A DNA stretch of 63,379 bases from Opitutales bacterium (GTDB lineage Bacteria > Verrucomicrobiota > Verrucomicrobiia > Opitutales > UBA953), in NCBI GenBank assembly GCA_040398005.1, contig JBBAUX010000001.1:163490-226868 (forward strand), written 5' to 3'. The notes below the pieces were generated by a model that saw only the letters and a program-made list of their open reading frames with translations, was not told the DNA's origin and did no database searches. This document shows positions 38,750 through 48,672 of this stretch, one piece after another. How positions within the stretch are numbered: position 1 is the first letter of the stretch; each line of letters begins with the position of its first letter. A program made the position numbers and the translations under genes.

Positions 38750-41568
38750 TTTTTTAAGGCCCGTCCGGTCGGTGACTCTTTGGTCTTTTTGAGATCTTCA
38801 GGCTGGCCTTCAAAAATAATGTGTCCGCCTTCCTTGCCTCCCTCGGGCCCCAGTTCAATCGCCCAATCTGCCGCTAAAATAACATCGGATTGATGTTCGA
38901 TAACAATCAGCGTGGCCCCTGCATCGCGCAGTCTTCCTAAAAGTTTTAAGAGTTTGGCGATATCGTCCCAGTGCAATCCAGTCGTCGGCTCATCGAGTAC
39001 GTAGAGACGACCTGAGTGATCTCGACGGGAGAGTTCGGACGCTAGCTTTAAGCGTTGGGCTTCACCACCCGAAAGGGTGTTGGCGGCTTGACCTAATTTT
39101 AAATAGCCGAGACCGACTTCTTCGAGGGTGCGGAGCTTTTCAGCTAAGCGGGGCTGGGCTTTAAAGACTTCGACCGCTTCTTTGACCGAGAGTTTTAGAG
39201 CGTCGGATATATTTAAACCTTTGAAGCGCACTTCGAGCGTTTCACGATTGAATCGGCGACCGGCACAACTGGGACACTCCACAAAAGTTTCGCCGAGGAA
39301 TTGCATGTCTAGTGCGACGAATCCTTCACCAGTACAAGTTTCACAACGTCCGCCGCGAACATTAAAACTGAAACGTCCCGCATTGTAACCACGTACTTTC
39401 GCCAACGGGAGTGATGACCATAGTTCGCGCATTAAATCCATAATGCCTGTGAAGGTCGCAGGATTTGAACGAGGGCTTCGTCCGATTGGTTCTTGGTCGA
39501 CGGCGGTGAAGGCATTGATTTTTTCAAGACCATCAATTCCGCCGTGAACTCCAGGGATCAGTTTCGCCCCATTAATTTTTCGTGCGGCCACCGCCGATAA
39601 AATATCGATAGCGAGGGTACTTTTTCCTGAACCCGAAACACCGCACACCGCGGTAATATTTCCAATCGGGAATTTAACTGTTATATTTTTTAAATTATTT
39701 TCCTTCGCGTTTTTAATCGTGATGTATTCTTTGCCGACGGGCTTACGTTGAATAATTTTATCTAAGGTAGCACGGCCCGAGAGATAAGCTCCCGTTCGTG
39801 AGGTGGGGTGTTTTTTACACTCATCAGGGGTACCTTCGAAGATGACTTTACCCCCGTCAATACCTGCTCCAGGGCCCATTTCTACTAAGTGATCAGCGGC
39901 CAGCATCATATCGCGATCGTGTTCAACAACCACCAAGGTGTTGTCGAGATCGCGCAATCCGTGCAGTGATTTAATCAGTCGGCTATGGTCAGCGGGGTGA
40001 AGTCCGATACTTGGTTCATCGAGAACGTAGGTGACGCCCACCAGCCCCAGCCCCAGTTGAGTGGCGAGGCGAACTCGTTGACCTTCACCGCCTGAGAGCG
40101 AATTAATTTCTCGACTAAGGGTGAGGTAAGTCAGCCCAGCATCGTTTAAAAAGGTGAGTCTCTGTTCGAGTCCACGTCGGGCTTCTTCCAAACTTTTAAC
40201 GGAATCTAACTCAGAAAGTTTTTGGGTGAAACCTAAAGCTTCGGGAATGGTGAGCGCTAAAAAGTCCGCGATGTTTTTTCCTGCGAGTTTGAGGGAGAGG
40301 GCGGCAGGGTTGAGACGTTGTCCGTGGCAAGTGGTGCAGGTCGAGCCCGATTGGAATTGTAAGAGTCGCTGACGGAGAGACTCACCCGTGGTCGTGCGAA
40401 AAGCTTCGGCTAGTTCGGCGAACATCCCTTCCCATTTTGATTCAACCAGTTTGCGACCTTTTTTTGGCGGGAGTAGAAAAATTCTTTGGGAGTCTCCGTG
40501 TAGTAATACTTTCCTTATTTCTGGAGAAAGTTCGGACCAAGGTTTTTTGAGGTCGAAAGGTAATTGTTCAGCAAGTGCGCGGGTAATCGCATTACGACGA
40601 ATTAAAGTTTTACGCGTGGCACATCTCCAAGGTTTTACGGCGCCGTCATCGATGGAAAGTTTTTCGTTTGGAATCGACAGAGCTTCTTGGAATTTAAGTT
40701 GTCGACCCAGTCCACCGCAATCAGGACAGGCACCCGTGGGATGATTATGCGAAAGGGCACGCGGTTCTAATGGCTCGGAGACTTCGCCGCATTTTTCACA
40801 GGATAAGTTAAGAGAGACTGGATGTTCTTTCCAGGTTTGGTCGGCGGACTCAGCTAAAACGACGGCTCTTTGCCGTCCTTCGCGAAAAGCTAATTCCAGT
40901 GAATCGGCGAGACGACTGCGTTGATCGGCACCCGTGACGAGGCGATCGACTACGACTTCGAGCGTTAAACTTTCGCGACCTTTGAGCATGCCTTCAGCTT
41001 CGTCGGTCGTGATGATTTGTTTGTTGATGCGGACACGGGTGAAGCCACGGCGACTCAGGTCGGCGCAATTTTCAAGAAGCACGGAAGGTCGGTCGTGATT
41101 AACTGGTGCGATGATGATGACTTTGGTGCCGGCGGGAATTTTTTCTAAACTACGGAGGGTATCGTCGAGTGAACGCTGTTTAATGGGAGCGCCGTCTTTT
41201 AAACAGAAACGTTGACCGCCTAAAATCCAGAGAGGCCGAGCGTGGTCAGCGATTTCGGTGAGGGTCGCGATGGTGGAACGCGGATTGGTATTTCCCTGAG
41301 TACGTTGGGCGATGGCGATGACAGGGGAGAGGCCTTTGATGAAATCGATGTCGGGACGATTGACAGATTCGAGAAGTCCGCGGGCTTTGGCGGAAAGGGA
41401 TTCCAAGTATTGTCGAGAGCCCTCCGCATGAAGTGTATCAAATGCCAGGGATGATTTGCCCGACCCGCTCACGCCCGTAATCACCGTCAACTGATGTCGC
41501 GGGATGATCAGTTCGACATTTTTGAGGTTATGGGTGCGGGCGCCCTTGATGTGGATAGGTGAACTCAA
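38746..41568 (-). CDS. uvrA: Excinuclease ABC subunit A (divergent UvrA)
   Basis: GARTHNLKN, two Walker A motifs (GVSGSGKS), LSGGE twice, DEPSIGLH, DEPTTGLH, zinc-finger Cys. TTG start. Confidence 0.9.
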   Translation of the reverse strand: MSSPIHIKGARTHNLKNVELIIPRHQLTVITGVSGSGKSSLAFDTLHAEGSRQYLESLSAKARGLLESVNRPDIDFIKGLSPVIAIAQRTQGNTNPRSTIATLTEIADHARPLWILGGQRFCLKDGAPIKQRSLDDTLRSLEKIPAGTKVIIIAPVNHDRPSVLLENCADLSRRGFTRVRINKQIITTDEAEGMLKGRESLTLEVVVDRLVTGADQRSRLADSLELAFREGRQRAVVLAESADQTWKEHPVSLNLSCEKCGEVSEPLEPRALSHNHPTGACPDCGGLGRQLKFQEALSIPNEKLSIDDGAVKPWRCATRKTLIRRNAITRALAEQLPFDLKKPWSELSPEIRKVLLHGDSQRIFLLPPKKGRKLVESKWEGMFAELAEAFRTTTGESLRQRLLQFQSGSTCTTCHGQRLNPAALSLKLAGKNIADFLALTIPEALGFTQKLSELDSVKSLEEARRGLEQRLTFLNDAGLTYLTLSREINSLSGGEGQRVRLATQLGLGLVGVTYVLDEPSIGLHPADHSRLIKSLHGLRDLDNTLVVVEHDRDMMLAADHLVEMGPGAGIDGGKVIFEGTPDECKKHPTSRTGAYLSGRATLDKIIQRKPVGKEYITIKNAKENNLKNITVKFPIGNITAVCGVSGSGKSTLAIDILSAVAARKINGAKLIPGVHGGIDGLEKINAFTAVDQEPIGRSPRSNPATFTGIMDLMRELWSSLPLAKVRGYNAGRFSFNVRGGRCETCTGEGFVALDMQFLGETFVECPSCAGRRFNRETLEVRFKGLNISDALKLSVKEAVEVFKAQPRLAEKLRTLEEVGLGYLKLGQAANTLSGGEAQRLKLASELSRRDHSGRLYVLDEPTTGLHWDDIAKLLKLLGRLRDAGATLIVIEHQSDVILAADWAIELGPEGGKEGGHIIFEGQPEDLKKTKESPTGRALKN

Positions 41569-41688
41569 AGTCTTATTTAATTAGCTTTTTAGGGAAAAAC
41601 CGCAAATCAGCCAGAAAGTATTTAATCACTTAGGCTGGTCGTTAATAACTTTTATTTAAATCACTTTCTCTCCCGCTTGTAAACGTTC

Positions 41689-42588
41689 ATGGTGATGTCC
41701 ATGCCATGGTTACTTTTTATCTGTCTGATTTGGATACATCCGGCCCTTTACGCGGATAGCTCGGAGCCACGCATTCTCTTTTTAGGAGATGATAATACCT
41801 ATCATGGTGGCTGGGTGGTCGAAGTGGAGTCGGCCATACGTGCGCAAAAAGGGTATGCCCGTGTGAGTATCGTTAATATGGGACTGTTGAGTGAAACGGT
41901 TTCGGGACTATCCGAGTCGGGGCATGCGGGTGGTAGTTTTACCCGGCCTCATTTAAAGAACCGCTTATCCCGAATTTTGACTCAATATAAACCGACACTG
42001 GTGATTGCTCAGTACGGAATGAATGACGGCCTTTATTTACCCCTGGATGAGAACCGATTCAAAGCGTTCCAAGACGGAATTATTAATTTAAGAAATGATT
42101 GTCTGAAGTCGGGGGCAAAAATTATTTTATTAACTCCATCGCTCTATGCGGCTGATAAACTTCCCGAAGTGAAAGAGTATGAAAAAGTTTTACAGGCGTA
42201 TTCGGCGTGGATGGTCGCCCAGCGTAAAGCCGGTTGGCAGGTGGTTGATGTGCATTCACGTTTAATGTTGGAATATAATAATGCTAAACGTGCGGATCCG
42301 AAATTTATTTTTGCCAATGACGATGTACACCCGACAGAAAAAGGGCACAGTCTGATTGCTCGTTCAGTTTGGGGCGGATTAGCGCCCGGCATGTTCTGGG
42401 TGAAGGATGCCCCCTTGATTTCCGATCCTACCAAAAATAGGCCACTTTATAAGAGTATGGTGGTGCTACGTAACGCCTGGCTCTCGGAAACGGGGTCTAA
42501 TCACCCGTTGGTCAATCATGGTTTACCCCTAGATACTGCAGAAATGCGCTCTTCCGAGTACTTAAAGGAGTATTTCAAGGGACTTTAG
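41689..42588 (+). CDS. Secreted SGNH/GDSL-fold protein (block I reads GDD, not GDS)
   Basis: Signal peptide, ILFLGDDNT, NMGLLSETVSG, YGMND, DDVHP. Confidence 0.82.
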   Translation: MVMSMPWLLFICLIWIHPALYADSSEPRILFLGDDNTYHGGWVVEVESAIRAQKGYARVSIVNMGLLSETVSGLSESGHAGGSFTRPHLKNRLSRILTQYKPTLVIAQYGMNDGLYLPLDENRFKAFQDGIINLRNDCLKSGAKIILLTPSLYAADKLPEVKEYEKVLQAYSAWMVAQRKAGWQVVDVHSRLMLEYNNAKRADPKFIFANDDVHPTEKGHSLIARSVWGGLAPGMFWVKDAPLISDPTKNRPLYKSMVVLRNAWLSETGSNHPLVNHGLPLDTAEMRSSEYLKEYFKGL

Positions 42589-42609
42589 AGCTTAAAATTA
42601 ACCCCAAGT

Positions 42610-42650
42610 GGTACATGCCTGACACAGGTTCGTAACAAAAGAATGATACA
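42610..42650 (+). promoter_or_regulatory. Candidate PHO-box-like direct repeats upstream of pstS
   Basis: GGTACA (42610), GACACA (42621) and GTAACA (42632) at an 11-bp period, ending about 25 nt before the pstS ATG. Confidence 0.45.
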
Positions 42651-42663
42651 TTTAGGGTCTAAT

Positions 42664-43656
42664 ATGAACAACTCCCTGAAATCATTATCTCTCCTTGTTT
42701 TCGCCACCTCGGTGCTCTCCGCACAAGATGCTTCGAAGTCAAAATCTACCGTTGATTCCGCACTTCCTGATTACGCTGTCAGCTCAGGTGTTTCTGGTAA
42801 TTTAAATTCAGTTGGATCCGACACCTTGAACAACTTAATGACTTTCTGGGCTGAAGGTTTCAAAGGTAAATATCCTAACGTTAACATTCAAATCGAAGGT
42901 AAAGGTTCTTCCACTGCTCCAACCGCTCTTACTTCAGGTTCCGCTCAACTCGGACCTATGAGCCGCGAAATGAAGTCCAGCGAAGTCGCTGCTTTCGCCG
43001 GTAAGTTCGGTTACAAGCCCACTAAGATCGCTGTAGCGATTGATGCCCTCGCCGTTTTCGTTCACAAAGACAACTCACTGACTGGCCTTAGCCTCGCGCA
43101 AGTTGATGCTATCTTCTCTTCGACCCGTAAACGCGGTGCGCAAGCTGCTGACACCTGGGGTGCCGTTGGTGCCAAGGGCGATCTCGCTGGCAAAACTATT
43201 TCCATCTTCGGTCGTAACTCCGCTTCCGGTACTTACGGTTTCTTCAAAGAAAAAACCTTATCGAATGGCGACTACAAGGGTTCAGTAAAAGAACAAGCTG
43301 GTTCCTCAGCGGTTGTTCAAGGTGTAGCTTCTGACCTCAGCGCCGTAGGTTACTCGGGTATCGGCTACAAAACTTCTGGCGTTAAGGCTTTAGCTTTAGC
43401 GATTAAAGACAGCGGACCTTTCGTTGAGCCTTCCTACGAAAACTGCCTCAATGGTACTTATCCATTAGCTCGTTACCTCTACGTCTATGTTAACAAATCT
43501 CCGAACAAAGACATGGACAAGCTCACCAGCGAATTTATCACTTACGTAGTTTCCAAACAAGGCCAAGAAATCACCGTAAAAGATGGTTACTACCCACTTC
43601 CTGCTGATGTGGCTAATGAAAGCCGCTTAGGATTGAAGTTCTACAGCGCAGAGTAA
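42664..43656 (+). CDS. pstS: Phosphate ABC transporter substrate-binding protein PstS
   Basis: Signal peptide, GSDT, GKGSSTA, MSREMK, RNSASGTY, YPLAR. Confidence 0.93.
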   Translation: MNNSLKSLSLLVFATSVLSAQDASKSKSTVDSALPDYAVSSGVSGNLNSVGSDTLNNLMTFWAEGFKGKYPNVNIQIEGKGSSTAPTALTSGSAQLGPMSREMKSSEVAAFAGKFGYKPTKIAVAIDALAVFVHKDNSLTGLSLAQVDAIFSSTRKRGAQAADTWGAVGAKGDLAGKTISIFGRNSASGTYGFFKEKTLSNGDYKGSVKEQAGSSAVVQGVASDLSAVGYSGIGYKTSGVKALALAIKDSGPFVEPSYENCLNGTYPLARYLYVYVNKSPNKDMDKLTSEFITYVVSKQGQEITVKDGYYPLPADVANESRLGLKFYSAE

Positions 43657-43662
43657 TTTGGT

Positions 43663-43729
43663 CTCGATCCGTCCCATTGCCACCACGCCGTTTGGCCGGT
43701 TAATCAAGTGCAATGGGTACGGACTCGGG
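43663..43729 (+). other. pstS-pstC intercistronic stem-loop
   Basis: TCCGT-CCCATTGC...GCAATGGG-T-ACGGA inverted repeat with no immediate U-tract. Confidence 0.6.
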
Positions 43730-43803
43730 TCCTCCTGCTTTTAGATTGGCGGTTTTTTCTGCCATGTTCAATTTAACGTCAGTCAACCGTTCGCCTAAAT
43801 TAC

Positions 43804-46146
43804 ATGGAGGAAAATCAATCTAAGTATACCGAACAACTCTCTGAATCTCGATTCCAGGTGAGTCGGTCGACCCTGTTGATTGATTTGTGGATGGGTCGGA
43901 TTATCCGCCTCGGCGGAATCAGTGTCGTCATTGCTGTCTTCGGAATGTTGGCTTTTTTAGTTTCTCAAATTCTCCCCTTATTCTCCAAGGCTAAGGTTGA
44001 ACCGCTGACTCCAGTAAATTTCACGCAAGCAAGCAGTGTCGCTTGGGGTGAAGACGAATACGGAGAATTGCCTTTCAGTTGCGATGCGAAAGGAAATATT
44101 ACGTTTCGTAAAGCCAAGGATGGTTTACTCGTCAAAACTTGGACAGCGGATTTTAAAACGACGCCCACCACGATTGAGGGTCAAACCACTCCCGCAGTTT
44201 CGATCCCTGTTACCGCCGTCAAAACTTATCCACGCGACGGTTTAATTTTATTGGGATTAGCCGATGGTAGTGTGAGAGAGTTAAAAATTAGTTACAAAAT
44301 TACCTTCGCCAAAAATGGAAATCGTGAACTCGAACCGAGCGTTGACCTACAATATGCAGGCAAAATCAGTGATTTGAACGGGCCGGTTTTAGAAGCTTGG
44401 AGTGTCAAGGGTCCTGAGGCTAGACTGTATCTTAGTCGTCAACAAAAAGACGGACACGACGTCATCACGGGGCGTCGTTTAGTTGAACGCAAGGGCTTGA
44501 GTGGCAAAGCCAAGGTTACAGTCAGCGAACCTTTTCCCATCGCCACTGATGTCACTGATTTAGAACGTGTGTTAGTTCCTTCAACGGCCGATTCAATTTT
44601 AGTCATCCGCAAAACCGGTGAAGTGAGAGTTTACGACAACAGCGAAAACACTTTTTCTCTAATGCAGTCATTCAAGCCTTTCGGTGAGGCGAAAAATCAA
44701 ACAATCGCCGCGGCGGGTTTTATTTTTGGAAATGTATCCGTCGTATTCCAGGGCAATCAAAATGAAGAAGTCGTTTGGTCTCTCTATCCTCAAAAACAGG
44801 CCGATGGACAATTGCTGCGTCGCTGGGGCAAAATTCATGATTGCGAAACTCTCGCGGGCTTAGGGCAGGGCGTTTTCCCCGCGGCGGGTAATAAATGTTA
44901 TCTCTCGGTGGCCGGTGGTCGTATGCAAATTCGCAATATGACGAATGAATCAATCCGTTGGGAGGGCGCTGCCCCTGCTTCGCCGATTCAACAAGTAGTT
45001 TTTTCCAGAAATTATAATCGATTCTCCGTACTTTGTGAGGACGGAAAACTTTATCGCTGGTCCATTACCGATCACCATCCTGAGGCGTCTTGGAATACTT
45101 TCTTCGGAAAAATTTGGTACGAAGGTGCGGAAGGCCCCGCCTACACTTGGCAATCGAGTTCTGGCTCAGATGAATTCGAAGCAAAATATTCTTTAGTTCC
45201 ATTAATCTATGGCACCGTGAAGGGCACCTTCTACGCGTTGCTCTTTGCTATTCCTATTGCGCTCTTAGCAGCGGTTTATGTTTCCCACTTTTTACGACCC
45301 GAGTGGAAGAATGTGATTAAACCTCTGATGGAGATTATGGCATCATTGCCTTCCGTGGTGCTCGGCTTCCTCGCTAGCCTCTGGCTCGCACCACTCGTTG
45401 ATACCCATTTAATTCCAATTCTCTGCGTGATTGCGATACTCGCTCCCAGTGCACTTTTGGCCGGTTATGTTTGGTCGAAGTTGCCGCAGCCCGTTCGTCG
45501 TCGTGTCGGTGCAGGTTGGGAATTCGCCTACCTTTTCCCTTTCATCGTGCTGTGTGCGTATGGTGCCTGGCAAATGGGGCCTCTCATTGAATCAACTTTC
45601 TTTACAGTAAGAGATTTGGCATCCGGACAGAATATTTCGGACTTCCGTGAATGGTGGCGCCAAAGCACCGGATTGAGTTACGATGCACGTAACTCACTCG
45701 TTGTGGGCTTTGTGATGGGCTTCGCCGTCATCCCCATCGTCTTCACGATTGCAGAAGATGCCTTATCCAACGTGCCTAACTCTTTAATTTCGGGCTCATT
45801 AGCCCTCGGAGCAAGTCGCTGGCAAACTGTTTGGACGGTCGTGGTGCCGACAGCTATTTCCGGAATCCTTTCTGCGATCATGATTGGTTTTGGCCGTGCC
45901 GTCGGGGAAACGATGATCGTGGTGATGGCCACCGGAAATACTGCGGTGATGGAAGCCAATCCGTTCAACGGCATGCGGACTCTTTCAGCGAATATCGCAG
46001 TTGAATTGCCTGAAGCAGCCGCTGGCGAAACTCACTTCCGTGCGCTTTTCTTGGGTGCCTGTTGTTTATTCGCACTCACATTTATTGTGAATACTTTTGC
46101 CGAAACTCTTCGTCAGCGTCTGAGGGAGCGCTATAAAATGAACTAA
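43804..46146 (+). CDS. pstC: Phosphate ABC permease PstC with large extracytoplasmic beta-rich domain
   Basis: C-terminal KPLMEIMASLPSVVLG, GRAVGETMIV, RTLSANIAVE, preceded by a roughly 400-aa soluble domain. Confidence 0.9.
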   Translation: MEENQSKYTEQLSESRFQVSRSTLLIDLWMGRIIRLGGISVVIAVFGMLAFLVSQILPLFSKAKVEPLTPVNFTQASSVAWGEDEYGELPFSCDAKGNITFRKAKDGLLVKTWTADFKTTPTTIEGQTTPAVSIPVTAVKTYPRDGLILLGLADGSVRELKISYKITFAKNGNRELEPSVDLQYAGKISDLNGPVLEAWSVKGPEARLYLSRQQKDGHDVITGRRLVERKGLSGKAKVTVSEPFPIATDVTDLERVLVPSTADSILVIRKTGEVRVYDNSENTFSLMQSFKPFGEAKNQTIAAAGFIFGNVSVVFQGNQNEEVVWSLYPQKQADGQLLRRWGKIHDCETLAGLGQGVFPAAGNKCYLSVAGGRMQIRNMTNESIRWEGAAPASPIQQVVFSRNYNRFSVLCEDGKLYRWSITDHHPEASWNTFFGKIWYEGAEGPAYTWQSSSGSDEFEAKYSLVPLIYGTVKGTFYALLFAIPIALLAAVYVSHFLRPEWKNVIKPLMEIMASLPSVVLGFLASLWLAPLVDTHLIPILCVIAILAPSALLAGYVWSKLPQPVRRRVGAGWEFAYLFPFIVLCAYGAWQMGPLIESTFFTVRDLASGQNISDFREWWRQSTGLSYDARNSLVVGFVMGFAVIPIVFTIAEDALSNVPNSLISGSLALGASRWQTVWTVVVPTAISGILSAIMIGFGRAVGETMIVVMATGNTAVMEANPFNGMRTLSANIAVELPEAAAGETHFRALFLGACCLFALTFIVNTFAETLRQRLRERYKMN

Positions 46147-46148
46147 TC

Positions 46149-47825
46149 ATGGCATCTTCATCGTCCGATAATTCTACGCCGAAAGGAGAGCCTTGGGTTT
46201 GGTTTACTAGCCTTGGACTTATCATTGGTCTAACGATGGTCGCGGGTTTGCTCGGTTTGGTTCTGATTAATGGCTTCTCGGTATTTTGGGCTCCGCAAGT
46301 TCCGACCGTAAAACTTAAAGATGGTACTGAAATCATCGGACAATTTGTTCAGCGTCGCGTTCGTCCTAATTCACCGGCTTCCGATCCGCAATACGAGCGC
46401 CAATATCAAATTGGCCTCCGTGAATTAAATAGTACTTCTTACGTTTGGGTCGATGAACTGAATATCACTGACGAAAAATTCACCACGGAAACACTGGGTT
46501 TAGAGAGAATGGAAAACGGTCCAGCGTTTATCATTCCTAAAACCATTGTTGATTCTACTGGAAAACAACATCCGTTTATCGTCCCTAATGCGACGGTGGA
46601 TTCTGCTGGAAAAGTTCACCCAATCTACACCACCGCTTTTTCACTTATTCGTGCCGAGGTGGATCAGGCGACCGTAATCCGTGAGCGCGTTTTAGATATT
46701 AACCAAAATAAAATCGGTCTCGTGAATGCCGAAATGGAGGAGACCCGGATTGCATTACGACGCGCCGAAGATCGCCAAGAGCCCACGGTTGAACTCACTG
46801 ATAAGCTTAAAACTTTAGACCTAAAATTTGCCGAACTAAAAAAAGAGGCTGAAGAAATTTCAAAACTTACCGCCCTGGGGCATATTGAAGGGATTGATGC
46901 TAAAGGTCGCTCAGTGACGATTCCTTTTGCCGGTATTGTTCGAGCTTGGGAGCCGAATCGAATGACCACCCTTGATCGCATTGGCTTAATGGTTAGTCGT
47001 ATGCAGGAATTTTTATTCGATGCACCGCGCGAAGCGAATACCGAAGGGGGTTTAATGCCTGCGATTTTCGGCACGCTCGTCATGACCGTGTTCATGAGTA
47101 TGTTGGTGACGCCGGTCGGTGTGATTGCCGCGATTTACCTCAAAGAATATGCAAAAGATGGACCCGTCTTACGCGTCGTCCGAATTTGCGTTAATAATTT
47201 AGCCGGTGTTCCTTCCATCGTCTTCGGGGTATTTGGTCTTGGTTTCTTCGTCTATGTTCTCGGTGGCACCATCGACCAACTCTTTTTCTCCGATCAGTTG
47301 AAGTATAATAACAACACTCCGGTCTTTGGTACGGGTGGCTTATTGTGGTGTTCATTGACGCTGGCTCTGATGACGTTGCCCGTGGTGATTGTGGCAACCG
47401 AGGAAGCTTTATCTGCCGTACCTCGCGGTATGCGCGAAGCGTCACTCGCAGCGGGTGCTTCTAAGTGGCAGACGATTCGCGATATTTTATTACCTGCCTC
47501 GGCCCCTGGTATTTTGACCGGCGTCATTTTAGCGATGGCTCGTGGGGCAGGGGAGGTTGCACCACTGATGATTGTCGGTGTGGTGAAACTCGCTCCCACC
47601 TTGCCGGTTGATGGCTTGGCTCCTTTCTTGCACCTCGATCGCAAGTTTATGCACCTCGGTTTCCATATTTACGATTTAGGATTCCAGTCGCCTGATTCCG
47701 ATGCGGCTCGCCCAATGGTTTTCGCAACAACCTTGCTCCTCATCATCTTAGTCGTCTGCTTGAATCTCGGTGCCATCACCATTCGCAATCGACTCCGCGC
47801 CCGCTTCAAGGGTGCCTCCTTCTAA
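46149..47825 (+). CDS. pstA: Phosphate ABC permease PstA with coiled-coil insertion
   Basis: PREANTEGG..PAIFGT, NLAGVPSIVFG, ARGAGEVAPL. Confidence 0.92.
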   Translation: MASSSSDNSTPKGEPWVWFTSLGLIIGLTMVAGLLGLVLINGFSVFWAPQVPTVKLKDGTEIIGQFVQRRVRPNSPASDPQYERQYQIGLRELNSTSYVWVDELNITDEKFTTETLGLERMENGPAFIIPKTIVDSTGKQHPFIVPNATVDSAGKVHPIYTTAFSLIRAEVDQATVIRERVLDINQNKIGLVNAEMEETRIALRRAEDRQEPTVELTDKLKTLDLKFAELKKEAEEISKLTALGHIEGIDAKGRSVTIPFAGIVRAWEPNRMTTLDRIGLMVSRMQEFLFDAPREANTEGGLMPAIFGTLVMTVFMSMLVTPVGVIAAIYLKEYAKDGPVLRVVRICVNNLAGVPSIVFGVFGLGFFVYVLGGTIDQLFFSDQLKYNNNTPVFGTGGLLWCSLTLALMTLPVVIVATEEALSAVPRGMREASLAAGASKWQTIRDILLPASAPGILTGVILAMARGAGEVAPLMIVGVVKLAPTLPVDGLAPFLHLDRKFMHLGFHIYDLGFQSPDSDAARPMVFATTLLLIILVVCLNLGAITIRNRLRARFKGASF

Positions 47826-47837
47826 TTCTATAACGCC

Positions 47838-48641
47838 ATGAGTAACGCTCGCATTCAACCTCGTCCAGTCGCTGATACAACCGGTCGACCAGACTTTATC
47901 AGTATCAAGAACTTTGGTTTTTGGTACGGAGACAAGAAGGCCCTCGAGTCGATGACCTTCGACATTCCTGAACGTCAGGTGGTTGCCTTTATTGGTCCAT
48001 CGGGCTGTGGTAAATCCACGCTCTTACGAAATCTTAATCGCATGAATGATTTGGTAGATGGTATTAGTCACGAAGGAGATATCGCGATTAAGGGACAATC
48101 TATCTATGACCCAGGTCTTGAGGTTATTTCGCTGCGTCGTCGCGTCGGCATGGTTTTCCAAAAATCCAACCCTTTTCCTAAGTCTATTTACGAAAACGTG
48201 GTTTTTGCACTCCGCGTCATGGGCGTCAATAACCGTGCCGTCCTCGATGAGGCTTGCGAAACTTCACTGCGTAAAGCGGCTCTCTGGGACGAAGTTAAGG
48301 ATCGTTTGAATGACAACGCCCTCGGACTTTCTGGCGGCCAGATGCAACGTCTCTGTATCGCTCGGGCCATCGCCAATCGCCCTGAAATCCTACTCATGGA
48401 CGAGCCTTGTTCGGCGCTCGACCCCATTGCAACGAGCAAAATTGAGGAATTGATTCATGAACTCAAAACCCAATTCACCATCGTGATTGTGACTCACTCG
48501 ATGCAGCAGGCCGCTCGCGTGTCGGACCGTACCGCTTTCTTCTACTTGGGTAAACTCATTGAGTACGATACGACCGAGAAGATTTTTATGAACCCAGGAC
48601 AAGCTCAAACCGAGGCTTACATTTCTGGTCGTTTTGGTTGA
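47838..48641 (+). CDS. pstB: Phosphate ABC ATPase PstB
   Basis: [56 protein letters not shown]. Confidence 0.96.
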   Translation: MSNARIQPRPVADTTGRPDFISIKNFGFWYGDKKALESMTFDIPERQVVAFIGPSGCGKSTLLRNLNRMNDLVDGISHEGDIAIKGQSIYDPGLEVISLRRRVGMVFQKSNPFPKSIYENVVFALRVMGVNNRAVLDEACETSLRKAALWDEVKDRLNDNALGLSGGQMQRLCIARAIANRPEILLMDEPCSALDPIATSKIEELIHELKTQFTIVIVTHSMQQAARVSDRTAFFYLGKLIEYDTTEKIFMNPGQAQTEAYISGRFG

Positions 48642-48672
48642 GTTCTAATTATTTTTATAACAAACTACACTT

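Noticed and set aside
41569..41688. LexA/SOS box upstream of uvrA (also checked recD2 and photolyase)
   Set aside because: No match seen to the Verrucomicrobia TGTTC-N4-GAACA motif or to CTGT-N8-ACAG.
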